A DNA stretch of 64,000 nt, from contig NW_027362769.1 in NCBI RefSeq assembly GCF_046119375.1, positions 360,902,001 to 360,966,000 of the forward strand, written 5' to 3'. A program made the position numbers and the translations under genes. The DNA is from Phyllobates terribilis. Lineage: Eukaryota. Shown here piece after piece: positions 54,715-64,000 of the stretch (within the stretch, counting starts at the first letter, position 1; each line of letters starts with the position of its first letter). A model generated the notes under the pieces. It worked only from the letters and a program-made list of their open reading frames with translations, was not told the origin of the DNA and did not search any database.

Positions 54715-56231
54715 TGTGGCGCCCAGCTGTGCTTGGAGCCACAGGTCCTACAAGGGTGTATTACTGGAAACCTCCACAAGAGGCCCCCATAAACATTCAT
54801 ACATCTCCACCTTCCACCTCAGACCAGCAGAGGGAGCCCGTTAGGGATATAAATAGGGAAGGTGGAGCCAGGCAGCTGAGTCTAGTTTCAGTTGGCAGTC
54901 TAGCCAGAACAGAGTACCTGCTCACAGCCAGAGAGGAACAGAGTTCTCAGTTCGGTTCCTGCAGAAGTCTGTATGCAGAGGTGGCCAAGCTAGATTCAGG
55001 GAGCTCAGTTAGAGCTTAAGGTGTGTTGGCGCCATAAGATCGGTGAAGCGCGGCAAGCTGCCATTAGTGTGAGTAGCCTAGTGAGGGCCCGAGTAGGCCG
55101 AAGGTGAGAGGAAAGTGAGTAGCAATGGGGGCAGAGGATCTTACCCAGCTCACCCCGAAACATATACCGGACACCGGGCCCGAGCTTACCGGGATCTCTA
55201 TGACCCAGTAAGGCATAACCGGAATCCCTGGAGTACTACAGGTCCCAGGTTCGCCAGAGAGCTGATACGTAACAGAGCCAGGAGACACATAGGCCCCGTA
55301 AACTGGGAGCGTGCACTCCAAGAGAAAGGTCCAACCACAACGTCAGCTGGTGCAGGACAGAGATAAAGTTAGGCCTAGCTCCAGGCAGGTCAGAAACTTA
55401 CTACGCAGAGGCAAGGAACAGGAGGCCCTACACCCGCTCATTGGGGAGGATCCTGATATGCACCCTTCACCCTCCGGGACGTGCCTGAATTTCCATCAGT
55501 AAAAGGTACTGAAGTGACTACCGTGTCAGTCCCCGTTCTTGCTCTGACCCGGCTTGGTCTCGCCTGTCCTGCATCCCCCTCTCCGTACGCTGCCCTGAGG
55601 CCTAGCTCCACCTGTGGGGAGCTATACCATCGAGCTGCCTTATCACCGGCCTCAGTGGACTGCCGCAGCGCTGGTGATTCTCAACAGAAACCACAGGTGG
55701 TGTCACGAACTTTCATAGAGTTAACAAACAATCCCCTTTTAAAAGCTGACCCCAGGGTACGGGCCTGGGAGCCGACCACCGCAACATTCCAAAAGGCCAG
55801 GCAAAGGCCAGGGTACCGAGTCGTCCCCATCCCCCTGGGCTAGTCATCTTTCTTGGCGTCACGAACAGGATCGCGTGCCCGCTGCAACGACTGAGTGTTA
55901 TGCCCGTTGCCACCAGGTACTGTGCGCCTTTAATTAAAAACTGTGTACGTTAAACTGTGGTGAAGACTGCCGCCATTGTTGGGCCGTCGAGTGAGAAGAA
56001 GGGCGTAACCGTGGGAAACTGAGGGGCGAACCTGCAAAAGCGCGCGAATCCCCGGACACGTCCCACGCTTCGACATCAAACCAGGAAGCGCCAGGTCCTG
56101 GAAGAAGCGTCGCTGAATGCTCTGACGCAGGACGCAAGCGACGCAAGATCCTGAAGACGACCGTCACCTGCGAAGCTGCGGCCTACTGGAAGAAAAGAAG
56201 GTAGGCCACGGTCCGCTAGGGGGGTGCCAGA

Positions 56232-57290
56232 ATGTCCGAGGAACAGCACGACGCCGGAATACCGGTTAACAGCCCTGATGTTCAACCCGCGCCCGACGCC
56301 GAGAAGGCCGAAGCGGCCGCTCCACCAGCAGCGCCTGTAACTCCTGTCATCCCCATAACTCTACCATACATTCCTGGAGCAAAGTGGCTCCCCCAGAACA
56401 ATGGCAAACCTGATACCCTGTCTGGATTCAAACGGAAGATATGCGTTATCTTGGACATGTACTCTATGACTGGCAAGCAGAGGGCCGCTGTTGTATTAGG
56501 ACAACTGACTGGTGTTGCAGAACGGGAAGTGGAAACATGGTCGGCCGCAGACCTGGAGTCAGTGTCCGCAATCTTTAAAAAGCTACAGACTGTTTTTGAG
56601 GACCATACTGAGGCGGACCTCCGTTTGAGGTTCTACAACCGTTCTCAACAGCCGGAGGACAATGTTCGGGACTATGCCTGGCGTCTACAAGGGGCCCTGC
56701 GGGCTCTGAAACAGGTTAGTCCGACCAGCATCGAAAATGAAAACAAAATGCTGAAGGAACAGTTTGTCCGGGGACTGAGGTCTCCAGAGGAGAGCAGGAC
56801 TGTGCGTTGTTGGTCCTTAGATTATCCAAATGCCACCTTTGACAATCTTAAGGACATGGCTATAAAAGGACTGCAGCCCCTGTAAACAAATGCCATCCAA
56901 TGTTACAAGGGTGGGGCTACCCCAGTGCCTGCTACACCCACCTTTTACCCAGCGGCTGCTGAAGCCAAGGTTCCAGCAATGTCCTCTAGAGAGCTGGACA
57001 GTCTGCGCTCTGAAGTGCGCCGGTTGAGCAAAACCCTTACCACTGTGCTGAGTGCTCTCCAGCTGCGGACAGAGCCCGAGGAAGGAGGGAAATGCCTGTT
57101 AGCCGATAGCCCTGAGGATGTCCCCTGGATGCGACGGAGGAGGAGGACACCACCCTCTACAAGGATCAGTGACCAGCGCCGTCCACAGAAGGACCCTACG
57201 TGCTACCACTGCCGCAAGACAGGACACACCGCCCAGAATTGTCCTTTAAACGAGAAAACCCTGGGTCCGTGGGCCGACACCCAGGAGTAA
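56232..57290 (+). pseudogene. gag: gag with CCHC knuckle, broken near 56885
   Basis: ORFs 56232-56885 and 56925-57290; CYHCRKTGHTAQNC. Confidence 0.9.
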
Positions 57291-57352
57291 ACTCCCCAGG
57301 CCCATCAGACTGGTAAAACAGGATCGTCGGAGGAAGACCTTTCCTGTCCATT

Positions 57353-60300
57353 GTGCTGGACGGCATCCCGATGCACGCTCTGCTGGACACAGGATCTCAG
57401 GTAACCATAATGACTGACGTCCTCTACAAGAGGTTCTGGTCCATGGACGACCTACGTCCTCCAGCTCCAAATCTTTCTGTTTATGCCTCAAATGGACTCC
57501 CCCTTAAGAATGTGACAGTAAAAGTGGGGAGAGTGGAGCTGAAGGATCAGGGACTAATTGTAGTAGAGACTAATCCTGATGATACCGATCCGTATATGGT
57601 ACTAGGCACTAACATTGTTGGTAACTGTTTGGGAGAAGTTGTGTTCTTGCTCCAACAGATAGCTGACACTGCCAGACCAGGACAGAGGAGGGCACTGCAG
57701 AAGGAGATCCGAGTTCTGATGTACCAACAGCAAGTAAGGTTAACAGACGGTGAAATCGGTAATGTGCGGGTGACGGACCCCATACCCATTGTGATCCCCC
57801 CAATGAGTGAAATGCTTATCTGGTGTAGAGCTGCCATAGGTCTTAGAGGACAGAGCTACCAGGCGGTAGTAGAACCCCTTTGCTCCGAGCACAGACCCAC
57901 GCTCCTTAACCGCCAGAGGAGTGGTAGATGTACGTAATGGGAGGGTGCCCGTCCGTCTTCTCAACTGTGGGGAAGATGAGGTCAGATTGCCACGTTATGC
58001 CACTGTTGCCAAATTACATGCTGTAAATAACAACTGCATTCACAAGGCGGAGTCCTTAACTACACCAGACGAAGTGGAGGACAATGACCCTGCAACCTAG
58101 GTGGAGGATTGGTGTCAACAGCTCCATGTTGGGACAGACACCACTCCTGCCCATCAGAAACAGGGTGTACACCGGGTGGTTCAAGAATACGCGAAGGTGT
58201 TCAGTAAACATCCACTTGGCTTCGGGAGGATTAAGGGGATTCAACACCATATCCCCACAGGTGACCATCCACCCATCAAAGAACGCTACAGGCCTATACC
58301 ACCAGCACACTACCAGAAGGCTAAAGAAATGTTGCACGAAATGAGAAAGGTGGGGGTAGTAAGGGATAGTTGTAGTCCCTGGGAAGCTCCCCTAGTGCTA
58401 GTTAGGAAAAAGGATGGGAGCATGAGAATGTGTGTAGATTACCGACAAGTAAATCGCATTACACATAAAGATGCATACCCTTTACCACGCATAGAGGAGT
58501 CCCTAGCTGCCTTAAAGTCTGCAAATTACTTTTCCACCCTTGACCTCACTAGTGGGTACTGGCAAGTAACTGTGGCTGAGGAGGATCGGGAGAAGACGGC
58601 CTTCACTACCCCGATGGGACTCTGCGAGTTCAACAGTATGCCATTTGGACTCTGCAATGCCCCTGGAACGTTCCAGAGATTGATGGAGTGCTGCCTGGGA
58701 CACCGCAACTTTGAGACTGTATTACTATACCTGGATGACGTGATAATGTACTCCAAAACGTATGAGGACCACTTGAAGCAACTGGCAGAGGTATTTGAGT
58801 CACTGTCCCGGTACGGGATGAAGTTGAAGCCCTCAAAGTGCCACCTGCTCAAGAGAAAGGTACAATACCTGGGGCACATTGTCAGTCCGGAAGGGGTAGC
58901 ACCAGACCCGGAGAAGATCACTGCCATCCAGAAGTGGCTGGAGCCAAAGAACCTCAAAGAGGTGCGTCAGTTCTTGGGACTAGTAGGATACTACCGGAGG
59001 TTTGTAAAAGACTACACCAAGAAAGCAGCTCCTCTACAAGACCTCCTGGTAGGGCAGTCCCCCAAAGGCAGAAATCCCCCATTCAACTGGGGTAAGGAGC
59101 AAGCCGAGTCGTTTCAGGAGATGAAGGAGATCCTGACCGGCGACGAGATCCTGGCCTACCCGGACTACAGCCAACCGTTCCTGCTGTATACTGATGCCAG
59201 CAACGAAGGGCTGGGCGCTGTCCTAAGTCAGAAGCAGAATGGCCAAGAGAAGGTAATCGCATATGCAAGCAGGAAGCTCCGCCCGACCGAGAGGAACCCA
59301 GAGAACTATAGCAGCTTCAAGTTGGAGTTCCTGGCCCTGGTCTGGGCCTTCACTGAAAGGTTCAAGCACTATCTAGCCTCCAGCAAGTTCACTGCCTTCA
59401 CTGATAACAACCCCTTGACCCATCTTGAAACAGCTAAGCTAGGAGCATTGGAACAACGATGGATGGCTCGGCTGTCAAATTATCAATTCACAATTAAATA
59501 CCGGGCGGGCCGCAAGAACGCCAACGCCGATGCCCTGTCCAGGATGCCTCACCAGTCAGACACAGAAGAAGAAGTGGATGACCTGGAAGCCTTTCACCGG
59601 AATGGGATGATCCACGAGCAACAAGCCTCCAGGAGGCAGCGTGGAAAGACGTTAAACCCCCCACCTCACCACAGCTGGAAAGAGACCCAGGACAGTGACC
59701 CGATTGTCAGCCGTATCAAGGAGCTGATAACCCAAGAAGGTTCCTCCCTGGAGAAGGAAGCGTCTCTGCAAGCAAAGCAGCTGTGGAACGAGAGAAGCCG
59801 GCTGTTTATCTACCATGAGAAGCTGTGCCAGAGGTACGTCAATCCAAAAACCCATGAGATGGTATGGCAGATAGTGGTCCCCAAGACAGACATCCAAATG
59901 GTGTTGGGGGCAAACCACGATCAGGCGGGGCACTTTGGCTGGAAAAAGCTAGAGACCCTGCTGAAGTGTCGATCTACTGTGTAGGAATGTGCAGCTCCAT
60001 TGAGCGGTGGTGCCGGGACTGTGGACCCTGTGGCCTTAGAAGAAAAGACTACAGCAGCCAGAAAGCACCCCTGCAACCCATCAAGACGACTCGACCCCTG
60101 GAGAGTGTGGCCCTGGACCATGTCAAGCTGTCCCCCAGCAGGTCAGGGTACCATCATGCTCTGACCATGGTGGATCACTACTCACCTTTCCTGGTGATCG
60201 CCCCCGTCAATGACCTGACGGCAGAGACAGTAGCAAAGACGTTCCAAGCGTATTTCTGTAGACCTCCATGGCTATCCTGAGCAGGTGCTGACGGACCAAG

Positions 60301-61367
60301 GCCCGGCCTTTGAGGCTGAGTTGTTCAAGGAGTTCTGCCATCTATACGGGTGTAAGAAGATAAGAACTACACCGTACCACCCGCAAACCAATGGTCTCTG
60401 TGAGAAGATGAATAACATCATCATCGACCTGCTAAAGACCATGCAACTTGAGGAGAGAAATCAGTGGCCAGACCTACTACCTGACCTAGTAGATCTGTAC
60501 AATCACATACCAGTAAGTTCCACCAACTGTACTCCGGCATATCTCATGCGAGCAAGGCCAGGAAAGCTGCCCATGGATCTGGAGCTTGGTGTTGTTGAGC
60601 CTGAAGCTGATATGACCACTGAGGACTGGGACACGACCAGACAGGAGCAGTACAGGAGGGTACATGCCTGTGTCGAGGACAGTCTCACTCGAGTGAGAAA
60701 TAAGCAGGAGGCGCACTACAACAAAAACGCACCCGCCGAACCCTTCACACCTGGTGAAGTAGTATTGAAAAGGAAAAGAAGGAACCACAAACTTGACGAC
60801 CAGTGGGAGAGAGAACCCTACACTTTGTTGAATTCAAGATTCGACAATAAGAAGACCTAGACCTACTTAATTAGTCGAGATAGAGGAAGGACGACTGTGA
60901 CAGTGTCCAGGGATCACCTAAAGTTGTGTCCAGACCTGCTAAAGCCTCAAGAAGAAGTGCCTCTCGTTATCCCAGAGGAGCCTAAAGAAGCACTGATACA
61001 CACTGACTTAGGAGATTTCCCAGCAGATTGGCCCCAACTAGGAGGAGCAGTAATCATCCTCGTACTCCAATTCTTCGAACAGCCAGAAGACCCTCCACAG
61101 CAAGATGAACCTGTAAGTGCTGCAGAAGAGCCTAGTGCTGCAGAAGAGCCAGCTCAAGAAGGATCCCCAGCAGGAGAAGAGCCAGAGGGCCCAGGTAATG
61201 GTACACTTGCCAGTCCCAGAGAGAGGTTAAGGCAGTTTTACAACTTAGTCACACGTAGAACCGGTAGGGTACCTGACAATGCAGACTCTGATATCACACA
61301 GACCACCGAACTACGCAGATCAACACGTAGTACTAGAGGTAAACCCCTTGTCAGATACACTGAGTAA
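57353..61367 (+). pseudogene. pol: pol (PR-RT-RH-INT) with stops and frameshifts
   Basis: ALLDTGSQV; CVDYRQVN, LDLTSGYWQ, MPFGLCNAP, YLDD; YTDAS, FTDNNPL; HDQAGH..CGPC, LTDQG, GLCEKMN; RRSTRSTRG tail. Confidence 0.95.
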
Positions 61368-63091
61368 AATATCTAAACTCTGACAAGTGTAGATAGTTAC
61401 CCCTTGGGTATTGTGTATTATTATACTGTATTATTGGGATTTTCATGCATATGTATATTATTTTGTGTTTTGCCTTATTATTGAACAATCTAAGTGATAT
61501 GGACACTTTGCCTATTTACTTCTTTATTTACCTAAGAACTCAGTGGCTGAGGACTGTGTGCAGCCAAAAACTATTTATTGCATATAATTGCGCTCCCTGG
61601 AGTGTCTCTTTTAGGTGACCTCAGAAGTAAAACCTGTCTGGAGTGGCTCTACTAGAGGTCCAACTCGGGATTTCCATGCCCTGCAGCCACCCCAAGGCCT
61701 ACGTTGAGGGTTTGGGACAGGTCCCTCAAACCACCAAGTACTCTACTCTGTGAGATGGACATCCTGTCTGGGAACCTCACCACAAGAGACTTGAATTCTG
61801 AGGACGCTTTGTATTCGTTTATGTTATTATGCAACGTTTAAGAAATGTGCCTCCCATAAAGGGAAGAGTTATTGCATTGTTAATGTTCACTATTGTTGTT
61901 TTAAAATGTACTTCAGCCCGGGCGTGCTGAGCTTTGCTAGGGGGGAATGTGGCACCCAGCTGCGCTTGGAGCCACAGGTCCTAGAATGGTGTATTACTGG
62001 AATCCTCCACAAGAGGCCCCCATAAACATTCATACATCTCCACCTTCCACCTCAGACCAGGAAAGGGAGCCCGTTAGGGATATAAATAGGGAAGGTGGAG
62101 CCAGGCAGCTGAGTCTAGTTTCAGTTGGCAGTCTAGCCAGAACAGAGTTCCTGCTCACAGCCAGAGAGGAACAGAGTTCTCAGTTCGGTTCCTGCAGAAG
62201 TCTGTCTGCAGAGGTAGGCCAAGCTAGATTCAGGGAGCTCAGTTAGAGATTAAGGTGTGCCGGCGCCATAAGATTGGTGAAGCGCGGCAAGCTGCCGTTA
62301 GTGTGAGTAGCCTAGTGAGGGCCCGAGTAGGCCGAAGGCTAGAAGAAAGTGAGTAGCAGTGGGGGCAGAGGAGCTTACCCAGCTCACCCCGAAACATATA
62401 CCGGACACCGGGTCCGAGCTTACAGGGATCTCTATGACCCAGTAAGGCATAACCGGAATCCCTGGAGAACTACATGTCCCAGGTTCGCCAGAGAGCTGAT
62501 ACGTAACAGAACCAGGAGACACATAGGCACTGTAAACTGGGAGCGTGCACTCCAAGAGAAAGGCCCTACCACAACGTCAGCCGGTGCAGGACAGAGATAA
62601 ATTTAGGCCTAGCTCGAGGCAGGTCAGAAACTTACTACGCAGAGGCAAGAAACAGGAGGCACTACACCCGCTCATTGGGGAGGATCCTGATATGCACCCT
62701 TCACCCTAGAGTGCTCCGGGACGTGCCTGAATTTCCATTAGTAAAAGGTACTGAAGTGACTACCGTGTCAGTCCCCGTTCTTGCTCTGACCTGACTGGGT
62801 CTCGCCTGTCCTGCATCCCCCCTCCGTACGCTGCCCTGAGGCCTAGCTCCACCTGTGGGGAGCTATACCATCGAGCTGCCTTATCACCGGCCTCAGTGGA
62901 CTGCCGCAGCGCTGGTGATTCTCACCAGAAACTACAGGTGGTGTCACAAACTTTCATAGAGTTAACAAACAATCCCCTTTTAAAAGCTGACCCCAGGGTA
63001 CGGGCCCGGGAGCCGACCACCGCGACATCCCAAAAGGCCAGGCAAAGGCCCGGGTACCGAGTCGTCCTCATCCCCCTGGGCTAGTCAAAGG

Positions 63092-63159
63092 AACGAGCCG
63101 ATCCTGTATTAATGAGGCCAAAAGACCAAAACCAGACACCAACTTTTGCCCAATAGCAG
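63092..63159 (+). other. Putative remainder of the interrupted exon, ending at a splice donor
   Basis: GTSRSCINEAKRPKPDTNFCPIA, then GCAG|GTAAGA at 63159/63160. Confidence 0.4.
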
Positions 63160-63469
63160 GTAAGATGGGAAATTAATCATTAATGTCCTAAATGTACAAA
63201 TTAGGTGCTAAACACTACTGTTACCAAGATACCTATATTCAAACCCTAGCAGTATGTCTTCTGCTGCAGGATAAAAAAAATTCTGGTTCAGTTAAAACAA
63301 TGATCTTTATTGATACATTTTAAAAAACAAAAAACAAAGAAACAGGGTGGGACAAAAAAACCTCCAATGGAGAGAGACAATGGAGTAGCTTGGTTACATC
63401 AGATCCATTCTAATAATCAAATTAAAAATACAACTAGATCAATATAGGAGTATGGCACGACAGATAGTA

Positions 63470-64000
63470 TGCGAGAGTCAGTCAATAAGTAATGCCTCCT
63501 ATTTTTTTTCTCCTTAAATAAGGTAGTTATGTTAAATATTCGAATTTGGCACAATTCCTCAAACCGTCTTCTCCAATCCACAGCAATTGCAACTTCCTGC
63601 ACCAACAGGTGGCAGGACTGTATCCGTTTGCAAAATGGCTGACATCGATGTTCGTATTAGACAACGTTCTGTGATTGAATTCTTGCATGCGGAAGGTGAA
63701 ATTCCCATTCGAATTCATGAGAGACTGAAAAATGTGTACGGTGATGCAACAGTGGATGTCAGTACTGTTAGACGATGGGTTCGTCGCTGTAACACAGCTG
63801 AAGGGCCATCACCGTTGGATGACAAAATGCGGAGTAGCAGGCCAGTAACCGCAGTGACTCCAAGCAACATTCTGCGAGTCGATGACCTCATTCGTGGTGA
63901 CCGCCGGGTGACTGCAGATGAATTGTGTGGCATTATCTGCCTCAGTAAAGGCAGTGTGATGAAAATTATTGGACAACTGGGATACAGAAAAGTTTGTGCA
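63470..64000 (+). mobile_element. mariner-family transposon, 5' end
   Basis: TIR-like CGAGAGTCAGTCAATAAGTAATGCC after TA, then the transposase ORF. Confidence 0.85.
63635..64000 (+). CDS. mariner transposase N-terminal HTH region, open to the window end (missing from the supplied track)
   Basis: MADIDVRIRQRSVIEFLHAEG..VYGDATVDVSTVRRWV..SRP..DRRVT..GYRKVCA (start of the mariner RWVP region), 122 codons with no stop. Confidence 0.85.
   Translation, partial: MADIDVRIRQRSVIEFLHAEGEIPIRIHERLKNVYGDATVDVSTVRRWVRRCNTAEGPSPLDDKMRSSRPVTAVTPSNILRVDDLIRGDRRVTADELCGIICLSKGSVMKIIGQLGYRKVCA

Larger units (their letters stand above)
54715..63087 (+). mobile_element. Full-length defective Ty3/Gypsy retrotransposon (family B)
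   Basis: LTRs 54715-55846 and 61948-63087, PBS 55854-55871, PPT 61939-61947, flanks ACGG/AAGG (imperfect TSD). Confidence 0.97.

Noticed and set aside
54702-55843. Short ORFs repeated in the LTRs (also 1062-1651 and 61947-63084)
   Set aside because: They recur only because the LTRs are repeats. Frames break between copies and no domain is recognisable.
60897-61367. Separate env-like or accessory gene
   Set aside because: An acidic, low-complexity integrase C-terminal extension cut off by a premature stop at 60858. No signal peptide or TM pattern.

Overview
Eukaryotic, vertebrate DNA, most likely an anuran amphibian (inferred from the H1/H2A sequences and the transposon families). Three zones. 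(1) 1-8.5 kb: nested Ty3/Gypsy pieces, one carrying a cold-shock-domain-like ORF, then a 4.1-kb 21-bp minisatellite. (2) 8.5-24 kb: a replication-dependent histone cluster, H2B(-), 5'-truncated H2A(+), H4(-), H3(-), H1(-), H4(-), with stem-loops, promoters and decayed gene-end relics. Both H2B and H1 are followed directly by tandem arrays whose unit contains the U7-binding histone downstream element (HDE). (3) 24-64 kb: a five-level transposon nest resolved by target-site duplications (31-bp array > Penelope-like > Copia > hAT with an intact 1226-aa transposase > Tc1 relic and Gypsy solo LTR, plus a MITE, V-SINE, Tc1 and a second solo LTR), a higher-order minisatellite, a full-length defective Gypsy apparently inserted in a host exon, and the start of a mariner. 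The best candidates for new biology are the HDE arrays and the retrotransposon-borne cold-shock domain. All family assignments come from motif recognition by eye; no database search was run.
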